Origin: Spirochaetia bacterium
GTDB lineage: Bacteria > Spirochaetota > Spirochaetia > WTKD01 > G963693115
Direction: 5' to 3'
DNA: 64,000 bases
Assembly (NCBI GenBank): GCA_965226055.1
Contig: CBDDCA010000005.1
Span: 1-64,000, forward strand
Part shown: piece after piece, positions 51,505 to 61,303 of the stretch
Position numbering within the stretch: the first letter of the stretch is position 1
Layout: every line of letters begins with the position of its first letter
Notes under the pieces: generated by a model
Database searches by the model: none
The model's input: only the letters and a program-made list of their open reading frames with translations
What the model was told of the DNA's origin: nothing
Translations under genes and position numbers: made by a program

Positions 51505-52252
51505 GGTATCAGATGCTCATTCTTTTGTTATACTAAACGGAACATTATGCAATGAAACACTGTGGCTTCCGTGTTTACAGATACTGAAAAGGAAGCTCCC
51601 AAGTTCCCATTATATATTTCCTCGTATAGACGAAGGAATGAGCATTGAAGCTACTGCTACAAGTATCATACAACAGTACATACTCCCTTCCCACAGTAAT
51701 GTATGGATTATAGGATATTCCTTAGGTGGTATTATTGCACTAGAATGTGTAAGACAGCAACAAGAAAATATTGCAGGACTCATAATAACAAATACTAACC
51801 CTGAAGGACAAACAGAAAAAAGAACACAGGCAGTACACCGTCAATTACAATGCCTTAATGAAAAGGGATTAGAGGCAGTCTTTGATGAGATACTATTGCC
51901 AGCATATTTTGGAGATACATACAAAACATCTATGCAGGAACAAGCAAGCACTATAAAATCAATGGGACTATCTTTAGGACCAGAAGTTCTTAAAAGGCAG
52001 CTTGCAACTCTGATAACTCGTATTGATCAAAGACTGCATCTTCCTCGTATACATGTCCCTACCTTGCTTATATGCGGTAATAAAGACACTCTCTGTCCTC
52101 CTGCATTACATACCACAATGAATGCCCTTATAGCAAATAGTACTCTTACTATATTTGAACATGTAGGACATATGCTTCCTTTCGTGGCTCCACAGCAGCT
52201 TGCAGACACAATAGAAAAGTGGGTACACACAGTTAGCGTGCACGAAGGCTAA
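51494..52252 (+). CDS. Alpha/beta-fold hydrolase
   Basis: GYSLGG nucleophile elbow, PTLLICGNKD, GHML. Confidence 0.88.
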   Translation: MPPKVSDAHSFVILNGTLCNETLWLPCLQILKRKLPSSHYIFPRIDEGMSIEATATSIIQQYILPSHSNVWIIGYSLGGIIALECVRQQQENIAGLIITNTNPEGQTEKRTQAVHRQLQCLNEKGLEAVFDEILLPAYFGDTYKTSMQEQASTIKSMGLSLGPEVLKRQLATLITRIDQRLHLPRIHVPTLLICGNKDTLCPPALHTTMNALIANSTLTIFEHVGHMLPFVAPQQLADTIEKWVHTVSVHEG

Positions 52253-53048
52253 ATCTAAAATTTCTCGTAGACGTTTTAGAGTGGTATACAAAAATATCTG
52301 CAGTAAAATATCCTTTTTTTATATCTATATCAGGAAGAGAAAATACGAGAAGATCATTTTTACTAAGAATATCCATATCAATAATACTGAGAAGATCATT
52401 ACGCCATAGTTCTATCACTGTATCCTGTAATGTTATACGTATAAATTGAGGTATAGTATAATGAAGAGATCGTTTGTCAAGTACAGACAAAGTAATATCT
52501 ATAGTATTATTTCCTGCATACAATACCCTATTTGATACAGACAGCTTCTCATTACTTTTTTCTTGATGTGTAAAAGAAAAATCATATAATTTCATTTCTA
52601 CAGCAATATCAAGCGTAGGAAATATATCAAAAGGATCTACCCACTGCTTCTGGTTAATATCAAATATCTTTATATGCCAAGGGGCTGTTGCTGTCCCTAC
52701 AATATCCCCTTGTACTACTGTATTTCCTATAGTAACAACTGGAAAAATACCGTAATATACAATATGAAATCCATTGTCTGTTTCTAGTATAAGCATAGTA
52801 TCTGTAATACTTGCCTCTATGACAAAAGATTTTGACATTACTACTTTTGCATTTGCACTTGCGTATACTGGCCCTTGTGATACAATATGAACAGTAGGTA
52901 TAAAAGTAGTGGTACCATCATTCTCAATAGTAGTATACTGGGGATATATATATTCTAAGGTATTGAAATCAAAAGGCCAATATTCAGCGTATGCATTGCT
53001 TATAGACAACAACATCATAAAAAGAACAATAAGACTATACTTATTCAT
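52233..53048 (-). CDS. Exported protein with degenerate M23-like beta domain
   Basis: Signal peptide ending AYA; VYASANAKVV...ILETDNGFHIVY...VVQGDIVG pattern; zinc-ligand motifs absent. Confidence 0.55.
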   Translation of the reverse strand: MNKYSLIVLFMMLLSISNAYAEYWPFDFNTLEYIYPQYTTIENDGTTTFIPTVHIVSQGPVYASANAKVVMSKSFVIEASITDTMLILETDNGFHIVYYGIFPVVTIGNTVVQGDIVGTATAPWHIKIFDINQKQWVDPFDIFPTLDIAVEMKLYDFSFTHQEKSNEKLSVSNRVLYAGNNTIDITLSVLDKRSLHYTIPQFIRITLQDTVIELWRNDLLSIIDMDILSKNDLLVFSLPDIDIKKGYFTADIFVYHSKTSTRNFRFSLRAR

Positions 53049-54066
53049 GTTTAAGTACCATAGTGTAATAGATAGCATAATGATTGGAATTATTATTTTT
53101 TGATCTCACTATAAAACGTGTATCTTGCTTATCATAGTATATATTCACATTTTCTCTGTCATCTGTATTTTCAAATAGAGTAAAAGCAATATTAGTCCCT
53201 ATATTCAATGTGAGATACTGTTTCTTTTCTTTTTGAAATTGTAGTATATGAAAATTTTTTGATCCTCCAGCAAACTGTAATATTGCTTCATTAAAAATAC
53301 TATTGACTTTATCGTTAGATACCAGTTCAATACCTTTTGCAGTATTTATATAGATACCAATGTCTTCAATACTATATATTTTATTTATATAATCAAGTGT
53401 TAGTGCATCAAATAATGTCGATTTTTGTTGAAAAATAGTACTATCTCTTGATAGCCTATATATTGTCACAGAATTTTTTTTATCTATACTACTACTGTTA
53501 TCTTTTGATGACAAAACCTCCTTACTCCCTAAAGCAAATACAATAATATCTTTTTGTTGCCATGTTACCATAAGAATTGGTGTTTGAATATCTATACTCT
53601 GATATAATAATGATTCTTTTTCCGTTTCTACAGTAATGATTTTTATTCTACCATTACTACAGCCAAGCACTACACCATTTTTCTGTAGTACAGATGTACT
53701 GGATACTACACAATCTACACTCAATGGAAGAACAGTGCGATGAGAATCTTTTTGTAAGTATGATATTTCGCTCTCTTTCACAAAATCTGAAATAGTAATA
53801 GGCAGTGTACTTGAAAGAGTATATAAAGAATGGGTATGATGCAAAGAAAATATATTCTTTTGTTGATTTGATGCTAAGGAATGGAGCATATTATAGTCGC
53901 TTTGAGGTATTTTCTTAAATTGAAAATAGTATGTTTCATCTTCACTGTGAGGAGAAAAATATTGAATAGCAATAATAATAAAAATACACAGTAGTATTGT
54001 AAGAATGAAAGAGAAAATACGCTTAAAAAAACTTTTTCTCTCGTATTGAGAGCTTTCATAATACAT
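53041..54066 (-). CDS. Hypothetical membrane-anchored protein (beta-rich)
   Basis: 341-aa ORF with one N-terminal TM; overlaps the downstream gene start. Confidence 0.6.
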   Translation of the reverse strand: MYYESSQYERKSFFKRIFSFILTILLCIFIIIAIQYFSPHSEDETYYFQFKKIPQSDYNMLHSLASNQQKNIFSLHHTHSLYTLSSTLPITISDFVKESEISYLQKDSHRTVLPLSVDCVVSSTSVLQKNGVVLGCSNGRIKIITVETEKESLLYQSIDIQTPILMVTWQQKDIIVFALGSKEVLSSKDNSSSIDKKNSVTIYRLSRDSTIFQQKSTLFDALTLDYINKIYSIEDIGIYINTAKGIELVSNDKVNSIFNEAILQFAGGSKNFHILQFQKEKKQYLTLNIGTNIAFTLFENTDDRENVNIYYDKQDTRFIVRSKNNNSNHYAIYYTMVLKHE

Positions 54067-54090
54067 ATACTTTAATTTTGGAGCTGAAAG

Positions 54091-54117
54091 GGAGGGTAAT
54101 GTGATACACTACCCTCC
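54091..54117 (-). terminator. Hairpin downstream of giant lipoprotein gene
   Basis: GGAGGGTA...TACCCTCC stem, followed by CTTT on the minus strand. Confidence 0.55.
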
Positions 54118-54181
54118 TCACTACTATTCTCTTATGAAGATTTTATACTTCATCCCTACATACAATATATCTTAACTCCCT

Positions 54182-57100
54182 TTAATACCATGAGGGCAGT
54201 TTAGTTACTTTAGAATTAGTAAACATGTTAGATTTATCAATATCTTTTCTTATATGACTTCCCCATGCTTCTAAATTTTGTGCAAAATTACTATCCTCAA
54301 ACATCTGAATCATATTAATTACATTACTTACATTCCAATTTGATATATCTCCATTAAATTTATTAGGCTTTTGAGGAAATCCAAAATCTGCATCTGCAGG
54401 TATTCCATTAAACATATTGCCCATATTAGTTACTTTACTCACATCCCATTTTGATATATCTCCATTAAATGCAGAAGCGTTTTGAAACATACTTTTCATA
54501 TTAGTTACTTTACTCACATCCCATTCTGATATATCCCCATTAAATAGGTAAAATCCTTCCTCTGTCTTGAAACTGAAACCTGAGAATAGATAACTCATAT
54601 CTTTAATTTTACTTGTATTGATAAGGTTTAGATCTGCATCTAAATTATCCTTAGCATCTATGGTATCATCGTTGTTAGTATCAATTATGTCTTTAATTGT
54701 CTCTATTAGCTTAGCCCTATTTTCAGGGGTATATTTATGCACTACAGTAATATCAATAGAGACCTCTGCTTTCCTGTTGTCTCGTGCAGTAAATTTTATT
54801 GTATAGGTGGTTTTAGGTTGATATTTCGCTACCCCCGATATTGTGCCATTGCTGGTATTAAATGTAAGTCTAGTATTTTTTGTGATATTGGGAGTAATAG
54901 AAAATGTACCTCCCGTACCTGCACCACTAGGAGTAACTTCCATAACAATAGGAGTAATAGCTGTGCCGCCTTCCTCTTGTGCTGTTGTTGAGAAAGTAGT
55001 CAATATACTGCTGCTTCCTTGTTGCTTTGCTGTCACGTTAATAGATACAAGGGTAGTTACTTCTTCTCTCACTCCTGTAGAGATTTTTATGGCATCCGTT
55101 GCATTGACTGCCCGTACTACTATTTCATAGGTTGTAGTAGGCGTCAGATTACTTATACTTGTACTTGTTGTTCCTTTTGCTACTGCTATTGGACTCTTAT
55201 CTGCTGATATAATCTGTCCTACTGTTCGGACCCTTACTCCATCCTTTGTTACACGATATACTTTGTAGGATACATCTGATTGTGTGAGTTGTGTTCCATC
55301 TGCTTTCTTATGACTATCAGTAAGCATGGGGGCTGTCCACGATATTATTGTACTCGTATCAGCAGGATTTTCTGTAATATTTCTTACTTCTGCTGGGGCG
55401 GTTGCAGGGTTAGCGGTAGTTACTTCTATCTTTACTCCTGTAGAGACTTTTGTGGTATCTGTTGTATTAACTGCTTGTACTACTATTTCATAGGTGGTAG
55501 TAAAAATAAGATTACTTATATTTATGCTAGTTGTTCCTTTTGATACTGCTATCGGATTATTATCTGCTACTATAATCTGTGCTGCTGTTCGAGTGTTTGC
55601 TCCATTCTTTGCTATACGATATACCTTGTAAGATACATCTGCCGTTGTAAGTCCTTGTCCGTTTGCTTTCTTATGACTATCATTAAGCGTGGGGGCTGTC
55701 CATGATATTCTTGCACTCGTATCGGTAATATTTGATACTATAATATTTGTTACTTCCGCTGGGGCGGTTGCTTGATTAGTTGTAAGAGTAGTTACCTCAG
55801 ATCTCTTCCCTGTGGAAACTTTTATGGTATCTGTTGAATTGACTGCCTGTACTACTATTTCATAGGTAGTATTACGAGTAAGATTACTTATATTTGTGTT
55901 TGTTGTTCCTTTTGACACTGCTATTGGACTCTTATCTGCTGCTATAATCTGTGCTGCTGTTCGGGTGTTTGCTCCATTCTTTGCTACACGATATACTTTG
56001 TAGGATACATCTGCCGTTGTGAGTCTTTGTCCGTTTAATTTCTTATGAATGCTTGTAAGCGTGGGGGCTGTCCATGATATTCTTGCACTCGTATCAAGAG
56101 TGTTAGTAGTAATATTTGTTACTTCCGCTGGGGCGGTTGCAGGGTTAGCGGTAGTTACTTCTGCTTTTACTCCTGCAGATATTTTTGTGATATCTGTTGC
56201 ATTGACTGACCGCACTACTATTTCATAGGTTGTACTAAAAATAAGATTACTTATAGTTACATTTGTTGTTCCTTTTGCTACTACTATTGGATTATTATCT
56301 GCTGATATAATCTGTCCTACTGTTCGGGTGTTTGCTCCATTCTTTGCTACACGATATACCTTGTAGGACACATCTGCCACTGTAAGTCCTTGTCCGTTTG
56401 CTTTCTTATGACTATCATTAAGCGTGGGGGCTGCCCACAATACTACTGCACTATTATCGGTAGTACTCGATACTGTAACATTTGTTACTTCTGCTGGGGC
56501 GGTTGCGGGGTTCGTGGTAGTTACTTCTGCTTTTACTCCTGTAGAGACTTTTGTGGTATATGTTGCATTGACTGCTTGTACTACTATCTCATAGGTTGTA
56601 TTACCTATAAGACTACTTATAGTTGTGCTTGTCGTTCCCTTTGTTACTGCTATCGGACTCTTATCTGCTGATATAATCTGTCCTGCTGTTCGGGTGTTTG
56701 CTCCATTCTTTGCTACACGATATACCTTGTAGGACACATCTGCCACTGTAAGTCCTTGTCCGTTTGCTTTCTTATGACTATCATTAAGCGTGGGGGCTGT
56801 CCACGATATTCTTGCACTATTATCGGTAATACTTGATACTGTAACATTTGTTACTTCTGCTGGGGCGGTTGCGGGATTCGTGGTAGTTACTTCTGCTTTT
56901 ACTCCTGTAGAGATTTTTGTGGTATCCGTTGCATTGATTGCCTGTACTGCTATCTCATAGGTTGTATTACCTGTAAGATTACTTATAGTTGTGCTTGTCG
57001 TTCCCTTTGTTACTGCTATCGGACTCTTATCTGCTGATATAATCTGTCCTGCTGTTCGGGTGTTTGCTCCATTCTTTGCTACACGATATACCCTATATGA

Positions 57101-60100
57101 TACATCTGCTGTTGTGAGTGTTTGTCCATTTGCTTTCTTATGACTATCATTAAGCGTAGGGGCTGTCCATGATATTCTTGTACTATTATCGGTAATATTC
57201 GATGCTGTAACATTTGTTACTTCTGCTGGGGCGGTTGCTTGATTAGTGGTAGTTACTTCAGTTCTCATTCCTGTAGAGACTTTTGTAGTATCCGTTGAAT
57301 TGACTGCTTGTACTGCTATTTCATAGGTTGTACTACTTGTAAGATTACTTATAGTTGTACTGGTTGTTCCTTTTGCTACTGCTAACGGGTTCTTATCCAC
57401 TACTATAATCTGTGCTGCTGTTCGAGTGTTTGCTCCATTCTTTGCTACACGATATACCTTGTAAGATACATCTGCCGCCGTAAGTCCTTGTCCGTCTGTT
57501 TTCTTATGACTAGCCCCAAGCGTGGGAGCACTCCATGATATTCTTGCACTATTATCGGTAATACCCCCTACTGTAATATTTGTTACTCCTGCTGGGGCGG
57601 TTGCTTGATTAGTTGTAAGGGTAGTTAGTTCTGCTTTTACTCCTGTAGAGATTTTTGTGGTATCCGTTGAATTGACTGCTCGTACTACTACTTCATAGGT
57701 TGTACTCCCTGTAAGATTAGTTATAGTTGTGCTTGTTGTTCCCTCTGCTACTTCTATCGGGCTAGTATCTGCTGCTACAATCTGTGCTATTGTTCGACTC
57801 GATCCTCCCTTTGCTACACGATATACCTTGTATGATACATCTGATCGTGTGAGTAGTGTTCCGTCTGCTTTCTTATGATTAGCCTCAAGCGTGGGAGCTG
57901 TCCACGATATTCTTGCACTATTATTGGTAATACTTGATGCTGTAACACTGCTTGCATCTGCTGGGGCGGTTGCGGGATTAGTGGTAGTTGCTTCTCTCCT
58001 TACTCCTGTAGAGACTTTTGTGGTATCTGTTGAATTGATTGCCTGTACTACTATTTCATAGGTTGTACTTCCTGTAAGATTACTTATAGTTGTATTTGTT
58101 ATTCCTTTTGTTACTGCTATTGGGGTATTATCTGCTGCTATAATATTTGCTATTGATCGGGTATTTGATCCATTCTTTGCTACATGATATACCTTATACG
58201 ATACATCAGCTGCTGTGAGTCTTTGTCCATTTGCTTTCTTATGACTATCATTAAGCGTAGGGGCTGCCCATGATATTCTTGCACTATTATCGGTAATACT
58301 TGATGCTGTAACACTGCTTGCATCTGCTGGGGCGGTTGCGGGATTAGTGGTAGTTGCTTCTCTCCTTACTCCTGTAGAGACTTTTGTGGTATCTGTTGAA
58401 TTGATTGCCTGTACTACTATTTCATAGGTTGTACTCCCTGCAAGATTACTTATAGTTGTGCTTGTCGTTCCCTTTGCCACTGCTATCGGTGTCCTGTCTG
58501 CTGCTATAATACCTACTACTGTTCGGGTATTTGTTCCATTCTTTGCTATACGATATACCTTATACGATACATCTGAATGTGTGAGTTGTGTTCCATCTGC
58601 TTTCTTATGACTATCATTAAGCGTAGGGGCTGTCCATGATATTCTTGCACTATTATCGGTAATACTTGATGCTGTAACATTGCTTGCATCTGCTGGGGCA
58701 GTTGCTAAAGCTGCTGGGTTAGTGGTAGTTACTTCTGTCTTCGCTCCTGTAGAGATTTTTGTGGTATCTGTTGAATTGATTGCCTGTACTACTATCTCAT
58801 AGGTTGTACTCCCTGTAAGATTAGTTATACTTGCGTATGTTGTTCCTTTTACTACTGCTATCGGACTCTTATCTGCTGCTATAATACTTGCTATTGATCG
58901 AATGTTTGATCCATTTTTTGCTACACGATATACCTTGTACGATACATCTGCCGCTGTGAGTCTTTGTCCGTTTGCTTTCTTGTAACTATCATTAAGTGCG
59001 GGGGCTGACCACAATATTACTGCACTTTTCTCAGTAATATTCAATGCTGTAATACTACGTACATTCGCTGGTGCATTTGCTGGGTTAGTGGTAGTTGCTT
59101 CTATTTTCACTCCTGTAGAGGCTTTTGTAGCATCCGTTGCATTGATTGCCTGTACTACTATTTCATAGGTTGTACTCCCTGTAAGATCACTTATAGTTGT
59201 GCTTGTTGTTCCTTTTGCTACTTCTATTGGACTCTTATCTGCTCCTATAATCTGTGCTACTGTTCGGGTGCTTGATATATTCTTTGCTATACGATATACC
59301 TTGTATGACACATCTGAAGCTGTGAGTGCTTGTCCATTTGCTTTCTTATGACTATCATTAAGCGCAGGGGCTGTCCACAGTATTCTTGCACTATTATCGG
59401 TAATACTTGATGCTGTAATATTTCTTGCTTCTGCTGGGGCGGTTGCGGGGTTAGTGGTAGTTGCTTCTATTTTCACTCCCGTAGAGACTTTTGTAGTATC
59501 CGTTGCATTAACTGCCTGTACTACTATTTCATAGGTTGTACTCCCTGTAAGATCACTTATAGTTGTGCTTGTTGTTCCTTTTGCTACTTCTATCGGGTTA
59601 GTATCTGCTGCTATAATATTTGCTACTAATCGGGTGTTTGCTCCATTCTTTGCTACACGATATATCTTGTACAATATATCTGCTTGTGTTAATTGTGTTC
59701 CATCTGCTTTTTTATGGCTATCATTAAGCGTGGGGGCTACCCACGATATTCCTGCACTATTATCGGTAATACTTGATGCTGTAACACTGCTTGCATCTGC
59801 TGGGGCGGTTGCTTGATTAGTTGTAAGAGTAGTTACTTCAGCTTTCACTCCTGTAGAGACTTTTGTGGTATCCGTTGCATTGATTGCCTGTACTACTATT
59901 TCATAGGTTGTATTACGAGTAAGACTACCTATAGTTGTACTTGTTGTTCCCTTTGCTACTGCTATCGGGTTAGTATCTGCTGCTATAATACTTGCTACTG
60001 TTCGGGTGTCTGCTCCATTCTTTGCTACTCGATATACTTTGTATGATACATCTGATTGTGTTAGTCGTGTTCCATCTGCTTTCTTATGACTATCATTAAG

Positions 60101-61057
60101 CGTGGGGGCTGCCCACGATATTCTTGCACTATTATCGGTAGGACTTTCTGCAATACTACTTACCTCTGCTGGGACTGTTGCTTGATTAGTTGTAAGAGTA
60201 GTTACTTCTATCCTTATCCCTGTAGAGACTTTTGTGTCATCCATTGTATTGATTGCCTGTACTACTATTTCATAAGTTGTATTACGAGTAAGATTACTTA
60301 TATTTATGCTTGTCGTTCCTTTTGCTACTTCTATCGGACTCTTATCTGCTCCTATAATCTGTGCTACTGTTCGGGTGTTTAACCCATTCTTTGTTACACG
60401 ATATACCTTGTATGATACATCTGATTGTGTTAGTTGCGTTCCATCTGCTTTCTTATGGCTATCGTTAAGCGTGGGAGCTACCCACGATATTCTTGCACTA
60501 TTATCGGTAGTACTTTCTGTAACATTGCTTACATCTGCTGGGGCGGTTGCTTGATTAGTTGTAAGAGTAGTTACTTCTATCCTTATCCCTGTAGAGATTT
60601 TTGTGGTATCTGTTGAATTGATTGCCTGTACTACTATTTCATAGGTTGTACTACGAGTAAGATTACTTATAGCTGTGCTTGTCGTTCCCTTTGCCACTGC
60701 TATCGGGTTCTTATCTGCTCCTATAACCTGTGCTACTGATCTGGTATTTGATCCATTCTTTGCTACACGATATACCTTGTATGATATATCTGCCTGTGTT
60801 AGTTGCGTTCCATCTGCCTTCTTATAACTGTTTGTAAGCGTTGGAGCTACCCATGATATCCTTACATTCTTATCGGTAATACTCCCTGCTACAGTATTTA
60901 TTACTTCTGCTGGGACTGTTGCAAGGGATGTAACATTACTACCTCTCCCACTCTCACTACTTAATTTGTTTTCTTCGCAAGAAAAGAAAGCAAATAAAGA
61001 AATAAAAAGAATAATAAAAGAGATATGATTTTTATAAAAATTAAAAAAAGAAAACAT
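54182..61057 (-). CDS. 2291-aa surface lipoprotein: 16 FN3-like repeats, one Ig-like domain, C-terminal DUF285 (PARCEL-type) repeats
   Basis: Lipobox-like FAFFSC; units AP....ARISW.AP....YKVY....TISNL...TTYEIVVQA.N; C-terminal FNGDISxWDVSKVTNMxxMF repeats; AAGGAG RBS. Confidence 0.9.
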   Translation of the reverse strand: MFSFFNFYKNHISFIILFISLFAFFSCEENKLSSESGRGSNVTSLATVPAEVINTVAGSITDKNVRISWVAPTLTNSYKKADGTQLTQADISYKVYRVAKNGSNTRSVAQVIGADKNPIAVAKGTTSTAISNLTRSTTYEIVVQAINSTDTTKISTGIRIEVTTLTTNQATAPADVSNVTESTTDNSARISWVAPTLNDSHKKADGTQLTQSDVSYKVYRVTKNGLNTRTVAQIIGADKSPIEVAKGTTSINISNLTRNTTYEIVVQAINTMDDTKVSTGIRIEVTTLTTNQATVPAEVSSIAESPTDNSARISWAAPTLNDSHKKADGTRLTQSDVSYKVYRVAKNGADTRTVASIIAADTNPIAVAKGTTSTTIGSLTRNTTYEIVVQAINATDTTKVSTGVKAEVTTLTTNQATAPADASSVTASSITDNSAGISWVAPTLNDSHKKADGTQLTQADILYKIYRVAKNGANTRLVANIIAADTNPIEVAKGTTSTTISDLTGSTTYEIVVQAVNATDTTKVSTGVKIEATTTNPATAPAEARNITASSITDNSARILWTAPALNDSHKKANGQALTASDVSYKVYRIAKNISSTRTVAQIIGADKSPIEVAKGTTSTTISDLTGSTTYEIVVQAINATDATKASTGVKIEATTTNPANAPANVRSITALNITEKSAVILWSAPALNDSYKKANGQRLTAADVSYKVYRVAKNGSNIRSIASIIAADKSPIAVVKGTTYASITNLTGSTTYEIVVQAINSTDTTKISTGAKTEVTTTNPAALATAPADASNVTASSITDNSARISWTAPTLNDSHKKADGTQLTHSDVSYKVYRIAKNGTNTRTVVGIIAADRTPIAVAKGTTSTTISNLAGSTTYEIVVQAINSTDTTKVSTGVRREATTTNPATAPADASSVTASSITDNSARISWAAPTLNDSHKKANGQRLTAADVSYKVYHVAKNGSNTRSIANIIAADNTPIAVTKGITNTTISNLTGSTTYEIVVQAINSTDTTKVSTGVRREATTTNPATAPADASSVTASSITNNSARISWTAPTLEANHKKADGTLLTRSDVSYKVYRVAKGGSSRTIAQIVAADTSPIEVAEGTTSTTITNLTGSTTYEVVVRAVNSTDTTKISTGVKAELTTLTTNQATAPAGVTNITVGGITDNSARISWSAPTLGASHKKTDGQGLTAADVSYKVYRVAKNGANTRTAAQIIVVDKNPLAVAKGTTSTTISNLTSSTTYEIAVQAVNSTDTTKVSTGMRTEVTTTNQATAPAEVTNVTASNITDNSTRISWTAPTLNDSHKKANGQTLTTADVSYRVYRVAKNGANTRTAGQIISADKSPIAVTKGTTSTTISNLTGNTTYEIAVQAINATDTTKISTGVKAEVTTTNPATAPAEVTNVTVSSITDNSARISWTAPTLNDSHKKANGQGLTVADVSYKVYRVAKNGANTRTAGQIISADKSPIAVTKGTTSTTISSLIGNTTYEIVVQAVNATYTTKVSTGVKAEVTTTNPATAPAEVTNVTVSSTTDNSAVVLWAAPTLNDSHKKANGQGLTVADVSYKVYRVAKNGANTRTVGQIISADNNPIVVAKGTTNVTISNLIFSTTYEIVVRSVNATDITKISAGVKAEVTTANPATAPAEVTNITTNTLDTSARISWTAPTLTSIHKKLNGQRLTTADVSYKVYRVAKNGANTRTAAQIIAADKSPIAVSKGTTNTNISNLTRNTTYEIVVQAVNSTDTIKVSTGKRSEVTTLTTNQATAPAEVTNIIVSNITDTSARISWTAPTLNDSHKKANGQGLTTADVSYKVYRIAKNGANTRTAAQIIVADNNPIAVSKGTTSINISNLIFTTTYEIVVQAVNTTDTTKVSTGVKIEVTTANPATAPAEVRNITENPADTSTIISWTAPMLTDSHKKADGTQLTQSDVSYKVYRVTKDGVRVRTVGQIISADKSPIAVAKGTTSTSISNLTPTTTYEIVVRAVNATDAIKISTGVREEVTTLVSINVTAKQQGSSSILTTFSTTAQEEGGTAITPIVMEVTPSGAGTGGTFSITPNITKNTRLTFNTSNGTISGVAKYQPKTTYTIKFTARDNRKAEVSIDITVVHKYTPENRAKLIETIKDIIDTNNDDTIDAKDNLDADLNLINTSKIKDMSYLFSGFSFKTEEGFYLFNGDISEWDVSKVTNMKSMFQNASAFNGDISKWDVSKVTNMGNMFNGIPADADFGFPQKPNKFNGDISNWNVSNVINMIQMFEDSNFAQNLEAWGSHIRKDIDKSNMFTNSKVTKLPSWY
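55050..60922 (-). repeat. Intragenic tandem array of 16 ~366-bp units
   Basis: 16 units counted from AT(A/V)PA-type starts; 57926-58069 is identical to 58292-58435 (period 366). Confidence 0.92.
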
Positions 61058-61089
61058 ATAAATAACTCCTTTTAAACAATAGTATTTAA

Positions 61090-61303
61090 GAGACTGGCAT
61101 AGATAAACAAAATTAGACTAAATTAGCCCCTACATACCCAATTATACAATACTTTGTAAATGTTTGTTTATAAAAGACGATACTTTTTACTGGTATTCCT
61201 GCTATAAAGCATTCTAATAATTTTTCTTTTTTATGGAATAATTTTCTCTTTCTTGGCATTCCTCTCTGAAGTATCTCATTTTTCAATTATTCATATCAGA
61301 CTC
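61090..61303 (-). mobile_element. Internally deleted IS1595-family (IS1016-like) remnant / MITE
   Basis: Imperfect terminal inverted repeats GAGACTGGCATAGATAA (61090-61106) and rc GAGTCTGATATGAATAA (61303-61287), each flanked by TTAA. Internal 48-aa ORF 61259-61113 starts MPRKRKLFHKKEKLLECFIAGI. Confidence 0.6.

Noticed and set aside
54078-54120. TGGAGCTG...GGGAG as a tRNA/tmRNA end fragment
   Set aside because: No TTCGA T-loop or acceptor pairing; better explained as a terminator-like hairpin.
54618-60616. Many 60-98 aa plus-strand ORFs
   Set aside because: Antisense shadows repeating with the FN3 array.
55050-60922. Long repeat array as CRISPR or diversity-generating retroelement
   Set aside because: Units are ~366-bp in-frame protein domains with no short repeat/unique spacer pattern; no cas or reverse transcriptase gene is in the window.
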